Source: Squalus acanthias
Taxonomy: Eukaryota
Direction of reading: 5' to 3'
Assembly: GCA_030390025.1 (NCBI GenBank)
Contig: CM059433.1
Location: 31,002,001-31,066,000, forward strand
DNA length: 64,000 bases
This document shows, piece after piece, positions 24,613 to 38,290 of the stretch. The position numbers were made by a program, and so were the translations under genes. A model generated the notes under the pieces. That model was not told the origin of the DNA. It searched no databases and was given only the letters and a program-made list of their open reading frames with translations. Numbering within the stretch: position 1 is the first letter of the stretch; the number at the start of each line of letters is the position of its first letter.

Positions 24613-27307
24613 AATGTGTAGAATGATTTTACATTGCTTGGGCTTGTTAAGTCCACCCAGCGCGATTCCCGGTCAATTAGAGGAAGCGGGTCTGGTGACG
24701 TCATTTGATGATGCGTCATCAGCTGGTTTCCTTAAACGGACCATGCATAAATTTATTTTGACGTTTGTGCTGTCAGTGTTCTACAGCATTGAGGTGCTGC
24801 AAATACTAACAAGCACTGCACAGAGGTGCACAGCTGCACCCAACCTCTCCCATGACTCCCTTCATATGCTTATGGAGGGAGTCACAGCACGCAGGGTGGT
24901 TCTCTTCCCTTTGAATGAGTGGAAGACACCTCCCCAGGAGACCAACACAGCCTGGTTGCACATTGCACAGGAGGACACATCAGGGATGACATCAGGAGGA
25001 CCAGGCTGCAGTGGTGCAAACCTTTCAATGATCTCAGTAGATCACAAAACGTTACTGCAAAGCCAGACTCAACCTCATCCTGCTTTGCCACTCATCACAT
25101 CCCCATCACTCTGCATTCCCTACCCTATTCCTGCACATCCTTACTCACACCAGCTTACCTTGCACCTCCACCCATCCCTCTTTATCTACATTATCAATTC
25201 CCCATCTCACTAGCCACCCCTCACACTCACCCTCATCCTAGTCCAATCATACCAACTAACAACACACAAGTGTAGGCACTTGGGTGTTTTAGCCAATGTT
25301 CATGTGAAGTTTCTGTTAATGTGCTGTCAAACGTTGAAACCTTTATTTTCAACACTTTGTGTTCTTGGACAGATCAGTGTGCACCTTTGGAAGTGGCTTA
25401 GTGAGTTGCAGTGAATGTTGAGACATAATCATACCCCCCGTAATGGTGGTGAGTGTGAAAGGACTGGCTTGAGCATTGTAGGGATGCTTTATGGTGTTGG
25501 TGTGGGGTGGTGCCAACCTGGCGCATCATGCGGCAGCCAGGGTGTATAGCATCAAGTGAAGTAAATGTGGCCATGGTAAGGCCATCCCTGGTGTCCCGGG
25601 CAGCAATGTGGTCGGGTGCTGATGCCCTCTGTCCTGTGCAGCATCAGTTGAATGTGGAGAAGGTTGGTGTTGTTGGTGCTGCTGGTGTGCCTGGTGCTGC
25701 TGGTGTTGGGGTTGATCGTGGTGGGATTCTGAGGACCAAGGTGAGATAGTTTCAAGAGCACCGATTCTGATGTAATAGATGGCAGGTGAAGTTGAGATGA
25801 CAGAAGCGATCTGTCAACGGTGAGAGAGGTTGTTCCAATGAGGTGACACTGGATAGAGAGTTTACTCCAAACACTTGCAACCCGCATAAAGCTCAATCTG
25901 TGTTCCAAATGCAGTAAGCAACAGCTTCTGAGCTTGGAAAGTGAACAGCTGTGAGATGGGAGCTTTTATAGCACATTTGCAGCTGTCAAGTAATGAGATG
26001 ATCCCATGGTCAAACAACTCCTGACCTACTTACCTGACCTGATCCCCGAGCAGCATTGACCCCGTGGGCAACCTCGTAAACTCTGAAGGTGAGCTCAAAA
26101 TACTTTTTAATGGGCTGTTAACAAGGTCATAATGACCTGAATTGCCTCCCCCGCCACTGCATGTTGGGTCTGTTCAGTGCTGACAGACCCAACATCTGGG
26201 AAAGGCGCGTGGCGGCAGGTTGACAGCGGGGTCCCAACCCGCTGTCAAAAAAACAATTTTCCCACTCAACCTGCCACCAAACGCGCCTGCTGACCCCCAG
26301 AAAAACTCCCCCCTAAAGTTACTGAACACTCCGAACCTAACGTTTGACATAGCATGCAAAATTGCCCTATCTATGGAGAGGGCATCTAAAAATGCTGGGG
26401 AGCTCCATCCAACTCAAGTGACCAGTGCAGCTGAGGTCTACAGTCACAAAGCCACAGCCATACCTAAAGCGGTGAGACTGGGTCAAAAGCATGTCGGTGA
26501 GAGCGGTTCAGTGAATTGTTATCGCTGCAATGGAAATCACTCACCACAGTCCTGCCAATATAGAAATGCGAAGTGTTTTCACTGCCAGAAGCAAGGCCGC
26601 ATTTCAACAGCTTGGAGAGCTAGATCGAAAGCAGGAAGTAAGAATCATTCTAGTGGCAATGCAAAGCAGCGACAACAAAAGGGAGAGATTCACAATATTG
26701 AAGTGAACACACCTGATGTTGAAGAACTAGGCATCTACAGTATCTATGCCACTAGCGGCAATGCTAGCACTCGTGAGAAAGACTTCCGTACAAAACTTTT
26801 GATCAACGAGCAATATATTGATATGTGTATCGACCAGTGGCAGACTGCTCTATCATGAGTAAGGACACATATGAGAGTAAGTTTAATCAAATATCACTTA
26901 CAAAGAGTAACGTAGAGTTAAAAACCTACTCTGGAGAAATCCTAGAGACATGTGGACAAATGGAATATACAGTTCAAACATTGGCCAGTCAGTAAGGCTG
27001 CTTATTATTGTAGCAATAACAGGCCAATCCTCATGGGCAAAGACTGGTTGAGAAAGTTAAAACTAGACTGAAAAAACATCTTCAGTGTAGATGCTTCAAA
27101 GAAGCGACTTGACACAATGCTGAACAAGTACGAAAGCATGTTCACAGACAGTTATGAGGGCAGCACTGGGTATGACGCGCATATCCACATCAAGTCCAAC
27201 GCGAAGCCTGTCTATTGTAAGGCAAGGCCAGTCCCCTCTGCGTTGAAAAATCAGGTGGAGGAAGAGCTAGAGAAACTGAGAGAGAACGGAGTGCCAGTAA
27301 AAACTGA

Positions 27308-28547
27308 TGTAAGGTTTCCAAAATTTACAGATCCCCAAAACCTAAGGAAAAAGGGACTTTGGAACTACCTCAGAGTGATAATATTGTATTTGGGCCTAAC
27401 CTAAGAGACTGTAAGTCCAAAAACCAAGTTTTAGCATTTTAAAACCATGTCTGGGCCTGTAAAGGGAGAAAAAGCTGTGAAGGAAGTTGGGTTCAACCTC
27501 TGCGAAAGCAGTTTTGGTTATTGCGGTTAATTGCAATGTCTGGGGAATCGGGATGACCTCACTCAAAGCCCCAGCATGCATTAACATTTTGACAATAGAC
27601 CCTAGGAGAAGAAAGTCTCACTCAAAACAACAGGTCCCATCAAACCGATTACAGAACCCATTAAAGACATGCATAAAGCAAATATTCTATAGAAGTCCTA
27701 GACCCAGTCAAGAAACCCAAAACACGAGGACAATTCAAACTCCGATTAAACAACAGATCGACAGGATGGAGCTATCCTGAAACCACTTCACACATTTACA
27801 AAAACCAGTTAACACGTTAGTAAAGTCGTTACTGTTAACGAGGTCTTACATGACCAGGATTTGATTTGGTTTTGATAAGGCCACTTCAATTTAGTACAAT
27901 TGAAGGCCCATCAAGCAGTTCAGCAGTAAAAACAGTTCAAGTTCAACAGAAGGCAGTGCTGCAGTTTCGAGTTCAAATTGAAAGCCTGTTCTGCAAGAAG
28001 ACAGTTACAGTTCTGCAAGAAGGCAGTTCCACAGCTCGGAAGAAGACAGTTTAAACAGAGGCAGAGTTCAACAGAAACAGTTCAACAAAGAAGGCCAACA
28101 GCTCCAGAAGCAGGCCGACACGCAAGAAGAAACCAGAGCAACCACCTCAGTGACCATCGGACACCTCGCGGCAACAAGGGCCTTACGAAACATTTTACTC
28201 AAAAGACTCTAAACCATAACTCTCAACTGTCAAGGATTTGTTTGGTGAGCATTATCCCTGGTTCTCCAGAGTCCAACCTTACTAGTGAAGTGGGATTGGG
28301 AGGGGTGAAGTATTCTTCTAATGTTATTTCCCTCGCTTGTACCGAAGTGTTCCCCACCTTTAGAGTGATAAGAGTGTTATTATTTGTGTCTTACCTTTTA
28401 ATAAAGATTGAAGTTCTTTCATCAAACTCAGTTGTCTGCTGCACCTTTTGTATCACAACCCCCAAATAAGTCCAAGGTCTAGAACCAAGGGAGTGGGAGC
28501 GATTCGAACCGCTCAGAACTGCTGACACAAAAACACCACCCCCTACA
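27308..28547 (+). mobile_element. Solo LTR (~1.24 kb), copy 2, inserted in Gypsy RT
   Basis: TGTA...TACA termini with TSD ctga. Removing it restores GVPVKTDKREWATPIVVLPK. Confidence 0.92.
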
Positions 28548-29891
28548 CTGACAAACGTGAATGGGCTACCCCGATTGTGGTATTGCCCAAAGCAGACAAA
28601 ACTGTACACTTGTGCGGTGACTGCAAAGTTACTATCAACCAAGCAGTTGATTATTTAGCAATACCTGTTACCTACATCGCAGGATTTGTATGCAGCACTC
28701 TCTGGGTCAAAGGTTTTCTCCAAGCTTGACCTGTCACATGCTTACGCTCAGCTGAATGTTGACAAAGAGCGTCAACGGTAGCTCACTATCAACACACACA
28801 AGGGACTGTACTCATACACCAAGCTGCCGTATGGTGCAAAGTCCTCCCCCAAAATCTTCCAGGCTACGATGGATAAGATTTTGCAAGGAGTTCCAAATTG
28901 CTGATGCAATCAAGACGATGTGCTGATCGCAACAAGCAGCGAGGAAGAAAATCTAGAAGTGTTAGATTTAGTGCTTCAAAGGTTGAATTCCACAATGTCA
29001 AATTGAAAAGGAGAAAATGTGCTTTTGTGCAGCCCAAGGTTGTGTACCTTGGTCTGAAAGTTGATGCAAATGGCTTGCGACCAGTGCAGGAAAAGGTTGA
29101 TGCTGTCTTCAATGCTCCAAAGCCGCAGAACGTGTCTGAGTTCAGATCTTTCCTTGAATGGTCCAGTACTACGCACGTTTCTTACCTGAGTTAGCGACCA
29201 TGTTAGCTCCATTGCATGAGCTCCTCAAGAAGGGTGTCAGTGGAAGTGGACAAAAGCACAACAGGAAGCTTACGACGCTTGTAAGAGAAGTCTGTCTAGT
29301 GATGCTCTACTTGTGCACTACGACAAAGATCATGAGCTTAAGTTAGCGTGCGATGCTTCCAGTTACGGTGTGGGAGCTGTCATAAGCCGTGTAGTGGATG
29401 ACGGCCAAGAGAAACCAATCACGTTCGCATCGTGAACCCTCACAAAGAGTGAAAGAAACTACGTGCAAATTGAAAAGGAAGCACTCGCCATAGTGCTTGG
29501 AATCAAGAAATTCCAACAGTTCCTGATTGGCAGAAAGTTTACCCTGATAACCAATCACAAACTGCTCCTAGCAATACTGGGGCCCAAATCTGCCATCCCT
29601 GCAATGGTCGCATCAAGAATGCAACGTTGGGCAGTGTTGTTGTCACAATATGACTACACGATTGAATATCAGACTTCAAAGCAAAATGCAATCGCAGATG
29701 CCTTGTCCAGGTTGCCAGATGAGGACTTGTGTGTTGGGAGTGAAGGTGAGATTTTCACACGAGGTGCAGTTGACAAAGACTTTCCCGTGAATGCAACTGA
29801 GATTGCAAATGAGACTCAAAAGGAATCAGTACTGAAAAGAGCGTATGAAAACACCTTGAATGGATGAACTGATCAGTGTCTGGACACAGAA

Positions 29892-30806
29892 TTGAAACTA
29901 TTCCATAACCGTTGTACTGAATTGTCTTGTGAGCAAGGTTGTATCAAGAGGGGAAACAAAGTGGTGGTACCTACTTCTTTGAGAGATAGAATTCTGGCCA
30001 AACTTCATACTGAACATCCAGGGATCGTCAGTATGAAATCAATCGCAAGAAGCTTTGTTTACTGGCCTGAATTGGACAGTGATCTTGAATCACTTGTCAT
30101 CAAATGCAGCGTTTGCCAAAATTGCAGAAACAAACCACCTAAAACTCCACTACAACCCTGGTCATGGCCAAGTAGACCTTTTCAGAGAGTGCATGTAGAC
30201 TTCTGTGAGAAAGCAAATGATTATTTCTTGGTACTTGTAGATAGTCACTCAAAGTGGATTGAAGTGAAACACATGGGTACAAATATTAAAACTGAACATA
30301 TCATAGATGAGTTGAGGTCTATCTTCACATGTCATGGCTTACCTGAAGAGCTTGTTTCTGACAATGGCCCTCAGTTCCGTTCTGCTCTATTCCAAGAGTT
30401 CATGAAATGGAACGGTATCAAACACACTCTCGTTCCACCATTTCATCCAGCTTCAAACGGAGCAGCCGAAAGGTCAGTCAGAATAGTAAAAGAAGTTCTC
30501 AAAAAGCAAGTGTTGCAGGGTTGTTCGGGACTCAGCTTGAAGCAACGTTTGGCAAATTTCTTGCTGAAGTACAGAACTGCTCCACACAGTACAACTGGAT
30601 ATACCCCAGCAGAACTCTTGATGAACAGTAGATTGAGAACACGATTGAGTCTTGTTCAACCAAATTTAGCCTCAAGAGTTGATCAGAAACAGTTGAGTCA
30701 GAACGTTATTATGACAGCAATCAGAAAGAACACAGTTTCAAACAAAACGAGTGTGTTCGTGCTCTCAGTCCCCCTGGCAAGTCGAGTTCACACAAGTGGG
30801 ATATAG
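29892..30806 (+). pseudogene. Gypsy integrase remnant (HHCC and DDE)
   Basis: H.EHPGI...CSVC; VHVDF; SDNGPQF; NGAAER. Upstream pol has stops and frameshifts. Confidence 0.9.
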
Positions 30807-31264
30807 GAACCATAGTAGAGGTTGGTGAGACCAAGAGAGATTTGGTTGAGATTGGTGACAATATCCGAAGTGTTCATGTAGTTCAAATGATCTCTGCTAG
30901 AGATAAACCAAGATGTGATCTTGAACCCCTTGATCATGAACACACACATGAGTTTGACTCCGTTCAGACTTCAGAAACTGAAGTACCAGGTTCAAACAAA
31001 TCAGAAATAGAAACAGGATCATCTTTGAGTTGGAACCAAAACAAAACAGCCCAAAAATTGGTTCAACACCAAAACCTTCTTTAAGAAGATCAGGAAGTCT
31101 CTGCAAACCTGTTATTAAACTGGATTTGTAGTTCATTTGTGGGATTTGTAGATCATTTTTAAAAAAAGCCAGTAGTTTTTGTTATGTGGTACATGTAATG
31201 CTGGGACCATAGTTTTGTTGTATTTGAGAGGGGAATACATATGTTTTTATTAAGGGGAAAGCAG

Positions 31265-31394
31265 TGTAATGTATTATCACATGGTTTGTCACATGGTTTA
31301 GTATGAGCATGCTCAGTTCGCTCAGGCCTAGTAAAGCAAGCACATGAACTCATCGTGTCTCTGTCCTTCATTTGTTCTACCCACATATATTACA
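31265..31394 (+). repeat. Gypsy 3' LTR (130 bp), preceded by PPT aaggggaaagcag
   Basis: Direct repeat of 19061-19209 with small indels. Confidence 0.93.
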
Positions 31395-31563
31395 GATGGC
31401 ACCTCCGACAGTGCAGCACTCCCTCAGTGCTACACTGGAATATCAGCCTAGAGTGTGTGCTCAAGTCTCATGGAGCGAGACTTGAACCCACGACTTTCTG
31501 ACTCCAAGGAGAGAGTGCTACCAACTGAGCCACAGCTGACACCAGTTCATTGCCAGAAATATT

Positions 31564-32215
31564 GGCCCATAATTTGCGGTCAGCGGTGAAGGAAAGGCGT
31601 TCACCGCTTGTCCCGAAGTAATCTCGCGATCTCTGTGGTGAGAAGTTCGGCTTTTCCGACATGCAATTGAAATCAGCGTAGTATAGTGGGGATCCCATAG
31701 TGCCAGTTGGTGTGACGTCAACAAGCTGTCTAAGCAGCCAATCACAATGCAGAATTCTCACAGACTAAGAACCAGGAAGTGAATAAGCTCCTTTGATTCT
31801 AACTTTTTAAAAATGTGATAGAGAGCAAAACAAAGAATGGGGCTCTCACATGGGGAAAAGGCAAACCTGAAATAAAGATGAACTGTTAAAACCCCAGTTA
31901 CACCTAATCCAAAAGGGTCTAACTTTTAATGGGGCATTTAACAGCAGGATTACCGCGGAACAGCCGAAGTTTTTGTCAGTTTTGCTGATTTCACAGATTA
32001 CACTGATTGTGGCTGTGGCGGGGGTGTGGGGGGAGGTGTGCCATGGGGGGCCCACAGCGCAGCCAGTGTTGGAGCAGTGAATGACTGACCGCAACTTCAG
32101 GATTTCCACGTTAGGATGCGCATGCGCTACATCCTGAAGTTGCGATCAGTTTCAAAGGGGCAATAACAGCGAACGCTGTTCGTTTGCTCTCATTACCCAC
32201 TGCAAATTCCAGGCC
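31564..32215. mobile_element. Harbinger-type MITE
   Basis: TIR ggcccataatttgc / gcaaattccaggcc, TSD att/att. Confidence 0.78.
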
Positions 32216-32681
32216 ATTACTGTCTCTAGCATCCAGGAATCTGTTATCAAAAGGATGAGAATGTTCTAATAATCCTGTCATTCCTTTTTTTATCTTATGC
32301 CACTTAAAGTATGAAATACTGTGATTGGGATGCTGTCATAGCATCCCCCAGTGGAAACATAACATTGACATGTTCAAGAGCACTGCACTTGACGTAGCTT
32401 CCAATGATATGCTGTAGCACACCCTGAGGTAGATATGAACAGTGGGACTGGGAGACACATTACAGATGGCAGCTTCTTTCAAGATTTCCTTGTTCTGGAA
32501 AGAGTTTCGGTACAGTCAGTTTCTCTGTGATATTGGGAACAATAATTCTGCTCCTTCTCCTGTTATGAAAACATTCCTACCTGGTCTAATCCGAAAGTTG
32601 CAGGAAATATTAGGTGGGATGAATAATTTAAATCAAACGCTTATCAGCGGCAAATAAATAAATTATTAAATTTATAAACGA

Positions 32682-33313
32682 GGGGGTAAAAAATCAGTTG
32701 CTTTGCGCCTCCCGTTAGCGCCCAAAGAGGGCGCTAATGGGGCACAAAGCAACTAGCACCCAGGCGTGGCGCCTCCCACGCCTCCTGCGAAATTTAGCGG
32801 GAGGTTAGTGGTGGTGCTAACCAGTAGCGCCCCGCGGTGCTGCGCCACCGGCGATGACGCCATCGCCGTGCGCAGCGCCCCACTCGCACCCCGGCCGCGA
32901 TCTTCGGGACCGCCCCCTGACTTACCGGACGCTATGTCCGACAGGGTCAGGGGGGCCTACCTGCGGCCGGGGAGGCGCTATTTAAAGGCGAGGTGCGGGG
33001 CGGCCATTTTTGTTGCTGGCCGCCTGCCAGCACCTGCCTGCGCTCCCGTCCCCGACCTCCTGAACCGCCCCCCCCCTGTGGAGTGCCGGCTGCGCTCCAA
33101 GAGCTCGGCACTTCTCTTGAGTGCCGGGCTCTTTTGCCGGCACTCCCGATCCCTGGGTGCCCAGCTGGGCCCCGGGTCACGATGCGCAAGGCCCCTCCCC
33201 TTTAAGAAGAGGAGGAAGGCCTGCAATACCGCGGCGCGACGTAGTGCCGCGATATTCTCTTGGGGCGCTACCACTTAATTTCCGTCGCGGGGACGCTACT
33301 CTATTTTTTGCCC
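32682..33313. mobile_element. GC/CpG-rich MITE-like element; relatives at 20282-20640 and 58332-58985
   Basis: Ends gggggtaaaaaat / attttttgccc. The start is near-identical to 20282 onward. Confidence 0.75.
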
Positions 33314-34149
33314 TAGATATTAACTGAAAAATAAAAACAAAATACAGCAAGCATGAGCTAAAAATAAAAAAATTTTGAATATTAGAAATTGTTTTCTTCT
33401 ATCCTGGACTGGCTGTGTTCAGGAAAAGCAGGTCCGCATGTGGCCTTAAAGGGACCGCTACAGTCCGCCACCAACAAGTGTTTAAAATATATTTACCTGA
33501 ATGTGGAGCTGAGAGCAGCAGGAGTCCTCCTCCCGACCCCACCTTCAAAGAACGCGGGCTGCTGCCAGCCACTGCTGCCGTCCCACCCCCACTCCCACCC
33601 CATCGCGACGTTGACTTCCCCCCATCCCCAATTCCAGCACCTGCCCTCCACGATCGTTACCTACCCTTCCCGATCACTGCTAGCCCCCCATGCCACACTG
33701 CTACCCTCCTAACCCGATCGTCATCCCTCCCGACCCGCCGAACGCCCAGTGCAGGCCCCACCGTCCCTTTAAATGATTCTCCTGAGGGCTGCTGCTGGTG
33801 TCTCCGCCACTTGATCTTCGAGTCCTCTTCACTGGCGATCTCTCTGGGGACGCCGATTAGGTGCCTGCATCTCGAAGATAAAGAGAACCCAAGGCCCAAT
33901 ATCATGTGAGGCTCGGGACTATCCATTCAGGCACGGGGATTGATCCCTGCGGCCCCTCTACGCCCATTTATGAGTGCGCTCGAATGTCTAGGCCGATATG
34001 TTTAATGAGCTTGGGTTAGTTCAGGTTAAATTATTGAATAATTATCTGCAGCTTGAAGAAGGAGGAGGTGGGGCAGGAGACGAGGAAGGAGCAGGAGGAG
34101 GAGAAGGAGAAAGGGAAGGAAACGAAAAGCTACTTGCAAAGAAGTGCAA

Positions 34150-36470
34150 CTATTTTTAAAGTATCTTTAATGTAGAAAGATGCCCCAATGTGTTTCACAA
34201 AGGAATAATTAAAATAAATGTATCTTCCAAAAAAGGAGGTTATTAGGTGAGGTTACCAAATCTGGCCAGAGTCAGAGTTCTGTGGACAGGGGTGGGGGGC
34301 AGGGGCCAGGGGGGTTGGGTTGGAATAGGTTACGGAGATAGGAGATATAAGGGTGAGGCCATGGAAAGATTTATGCATGAGGATTCTAATTTTAAATTTG
34401 AGGAATTAATGGCCCAGGAGCCAATGTAGGTCAGCGAGCTCAGGGATGATGGGTGAGTGGGACTTGGTGCAGGATAGGATAGGATATGGCTGAGCAGCAG
34501 TGTTGTTGATGAGCTGAGGTTTATGGGCATTAGAGGATGGGAGGGCGGCCATAAGAGTATCAGAATAGACGAGTCTGGAAATGGCAAAGGCATGGATGAG
34601 GATTTGAGTGGCAGATGAGGTGGAGCTGTGTGATGTTATGGAGGTGAGAGTATGTATTTTTGCGATAGAGAGGATCTCAAGTCAAAATCTTAGCTCAAGG
34701 TGGAATAGGAGGCTGAGGATGTGAAGAGTCTGAGACAGTGACTGGGGAGGGAGATGAAACTGATGCCAAGGGTGAGGAGTATGTGGCAAGGACCGAAGAC
34801 AATGGCTTCATGGGATTGGGGGTAATATACTAGCATGGATTGAGGATTGGTTAACGGACAGAAAACAGAGAGTAGGAATAAACGGGTCATTTTTGGGTTG
34901 GCAGGCTGTAACTAGTGGGGTACCGCAAGGATCAGTGCTTGGGCCTCAACTATTCACAATCTACATCAATGATTTGGATGAGGAGACCAAATGTAATATT
35001 CCAAGTTTGCCGATGATACAAAGCTGGGTGGGAATGTAAGTTGTGAGGAGGATGCAATGAGGCTTCAAGGGATATAGACAGGCTAAGTGAATGGGCAAGA
35101 ACATGGCAAATGGAATATCATGTGGAGAAATGTGAAGTTATCCACTTTGGTAGGAAAAATAGAAAAGCAGAGTTTTTTTTTTAAATGGTGAGAGATTGGG
35201 AAATGTTAGTGTTCAGAGGGACCTGGGTATCCTTGTACACGAATCACTGAAAGTTAACATGCAGGCACAGCAAGCAATTAGGAAAGCAAATGGTATGTTG
35301 GCCTTTATTACAAGAGGATTTGAGTATAAGAGTAAAGACGTCTTCCTGCAATTATATAGGGCCCTGGTGAGACCACACCTGGAGTATTGTGTGCAGTTTT
35401 GATCTCCTTACCTAAGGAAGGATATACTTGCCATCGAGGGAGTGCAACGAAGGTTCACCAGACTGGTTCCTGGGATGGGGGGATTGTCCTATATGGAGAG
35501 ATTGAGTAGACTAGCCCTATATTCTCTGGAGTTGAGAAGAATGAGAGGTGATCTCATTGAAACATACAAAATTCTTAAAGGGCTTGACAGGGTAGATGCA
35601 GGGAGGATGTTTCCCCTGGCTGGGGAGTCTAGAACCAAGGGTAACAGTCTCAGAATAAGGGGTCGGCCATTTAGGACTGAGATGAGGAGAAATTTCTTCA
35701 CTCAGAGAGTAGTGAATCTTTGGAATTCTCTACTCCAGAGGGCTATGGAGGCTCAGTCGTTGAGTATACTCAAGACAGAGATCGATAGATTTTTGAATAT
35801 TAAGGGAATCAAGGGTTATGGGGATAGTGCAGGAAAGTGGAGATGAGGTAGAAGATCAACCATCATCTTATTGAATGGTGGAGCAGACTCGAAGGGCCAA
35901 ATGGCCTACTCCTGCTCTTACTTCTTATGTTCTTATGCTTCGGTTTTCCCAATGTTTAGCCAGAGGAAATTATGCCTCATTCTAGATTGGATGTTGGACA
36001 AGCAGTCAGACAGTACAGAGGCAGTGGAGGGGTCGAGATAGGTGGTGGAGAGGTAGAGTTGGGTGTCATCACCCTTAATGTGGAAGCTGGCTCCCATGTC
36101 TTTGGATGCTGTCACCAAGGGGCAGCATGTAGATAAGGATGAGAAGGAGGCCATGGATTCCAGAGGTAAGAGTGTGAGTATTCAAGGAGAAGCCATTGAT
36201 GGAGATGCTCTGGCTGCAATCGGATAGGTAACAGCGGAACCAAGCATGGCAGTCCCACCAAGCTGGACAACAGAGGAGACACATTGGAGGGGGATGGTAT
36301 GGTTCAACATGATAAAGGCTGCAGAGAGGTCGAAGAGGACAAGGAGGGTTAATGTGTCACGACCCCAGTTAAAGAGAATGTCATTTGTAACTATGGTTAG
36401 GACTGTTCTAGTGCTGTTGAAGGGGCAGAAAACTGATTGGAGAGATTCAAACATGGAACAGCAAAACCGC
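34150..36470 (-). mobile_element. Old L2 LINE split by CR1 34850-35937
   Basis: ORFs 36182..36454 (TNDIL...LVLFDLSAAF) and 35933..36154 (DDTQLYLS...LNIGKTEA). L2 3' region at 34150-34850. Confidence 0.85.
34850..35937 (+). mobile_element. CR1 LINE, 5'-truncated
   Basis: [10 protein letters not shown], ORFs 35196 and 35442, (ttcttatg)n tail. Confidence 0.9.
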
Positions 36471-37059
36471 TCATGTAAGTTATCATCTTGGACCGAGTAC
36501 TACTGAATAATCCATTCTGTGAACCACTACCAAAGGATTACTAACCTAATATTCTTTTTAGTTTCAGCCTCTGCAATATTGGTGCTTTGCATTGCTGTTT
36601 CATTTGTCAAGTAGTGTCCTTTTGTGAATCTAACACAATCAGCAGGCTTCAGTAGATAATTATTGTTTTATAGATGCTTTAAAAAATGAATATAAGTTTC
36701 TACTATATTACACTGAATCTTGGACAAAAATATAAATCCCTGAATCTAATTCGTAAAGTTTGCTGTCAAAACAGTGCATAAAATGACACAGTCCAAAAGG
36801 AACCAAGAAACTATAATGTTTGCACAGCTGATAAAGGAGCACATTTTACAATGGAAAGAAAGAACCTATTTGGATTTATATTGCACCTTTCACAACCTCA
36901 GGACCTTCCAAAGCATTTTATAGTTAATGAAGTACTTGTTTGATGTGTATTCACTATTGTAATGGAGGAAACAGGGCAGCCAATTTGCACACAGCAAGCT
37001 CCCACAAACAACAATATGATAATCTGTTTTAGTGATGTTGGTTAATGGATAAATAAGGA

Positions 37060-38290
37060 TGTAAGAACATAAGAATTAGGAGCAGGAGTAGGCCATACAG
37101 CCCTTTGAGCCTGCTCCACCATTCAATAAGATCATGGCTAATCTTTGACCTCAACTCCACTTTCCTGCCCGATCCCCATATCCCTTGATTCACCTAGGGT
37201 CCAAAAATCTATCTATCTCAGCCTTGAATATACGCAACGATTCAGCATCCACAGCCCTTTGGGGTAGAGAATTTCAAAGATTCACAACCCTCTAAGTGAA
37301 GAAATTCCTCCTCATTTCAGTCTTAAATGGCCGACCCCTTATCCTGAGACTATGACCCCTAGTTCTAGACTGTCCAGCCAGGAGAAACAACCTCTCAGCA
37401 TCCACCCTGTCAATCCCCCTCAGAATCTTATATGTTTCAATGAGATCATAACTCATTCTTCTGAACTCAAGAGAGTATAGGCCCAATCTACTCAATCTCT
37501 CCTCAAGGACAACCCTCTCATCCCAGCAATCAATCTAGTGAACCTTTGTTGCACTGCCTCTAAGGCATGTATGTCCTTGCTCAGATAAGGAGACCAAAAC
37601 TGTGCACGGTACTCCAGGTGTGGTCTCACCAAAGCCCTGTATAATTGTAGCAAGACTTCCTTACTCTTGTACTCCATCCCTCTTGCAATAAAGGCCAACG
37701 TGCCATTTGCCTTCCTAATTGCTTGCTGTACCTGCATGCTAACTCTCTGTGTTTCCTGTATGAGGACACCTAAATCTCTCTGAATACCAACATTTTATAT
37801 TTTCTCACCATTTAAAAAATATCCTGTTGTTCTATTCTTCCTACCAAAGTGAATAACCTCACATTTCGCCACATTATACTCCATCTGCCACCTTATTGCC
37901 CACTCACTTAATCTGTCTATATTCCTTTGCAGGCTCTTTATGCTCTCCTCACAGCTTACTTTCCCACCTAGCTTTGTATCATCGGCAAACTTGGATACAT
38001 TACACTCGGTCCCTTCATCTAATCATTAATATAGATTGTAAATAGCTGAGGCTCAAGCACTGATCCTTGCGGCACCCGCTAGTTACAGCCTGCCAACCTG
38101 AAAATAACCTGTTTATCGCTACTCTCTGTGTTCTGTCCATTAAGCAACCCTCTATCCATGCTCATACATTACCCCCAATCCTTTGAGCCCTTATCTTGTG
38201 TAGCAACCTTTTATGTGGCACCTTATCAAATGCCTTTTGGAAATCCAAATATATTACATCCACTGGTTCCCCTTTATCTACCCTTCTAGT
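37060..38290 (-). mobile_element. CR1 LINE, 5'-truncated, inserted in a DeuSINE-like copy (36870-37055 and 38291-38402)
   Basis: ORFs 37492..37737 and 37292..37495. The SINE resumes as taaatattggccagga. Confidence 0.88.

Larger units (their letters stand above)
19897..26314. mobile_element. Decayed Harbinger-like element inserted in Gypsy gag and itself split by a LINE
   Basis: Gag reads ...FVCGLVDECTQT before 19897 and KLLNTPNLTF after 26314. A Myb/SANT-like remnant lies at ~24830-25040 (+) (SHDSLHMLMEGVTARRVVLFP...TNTAWLHIAQE...CKPFNDL). TIRs are degenerate. Confidence 0.75.
19061..31394 (+). mobile_element. Full-length decayed Ty3/Gypsy LTR retrotransposon (probably Mag-like) with nested insertions
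   Basis: Paired LTRs, PBS, PPT and TSD gacgg/gatgg. Coding remnants in Gypsy order: gag 19467-19896 and 26315-26800 (two CCHC-like knuckles), protease ~26810, RT (EWATPIVV, FSKLDLSHAYAQL, LPYG), RNase H (LACDASSYGVGAV, QIEKEALAIV), integrase (HPGI, WPSRPFQRVHVDF, LVSDNGPQF, SNGAAER). Confidence 0.95.

Noticed and set aside
10649..28547. The two 1.2-kb LTRs as the ends of one 18-kb provirus
   Set aside because: Each has its own different TSD (ccga, ctga), and the second sits inside an unrelated Gypsy RT.
32766..33926. Overlapping 100-170 aa ORFs
   Set aside because: By-products of GC-rich MITE sequence, with low-complexity Pro/Arg/Ala content and no domain.
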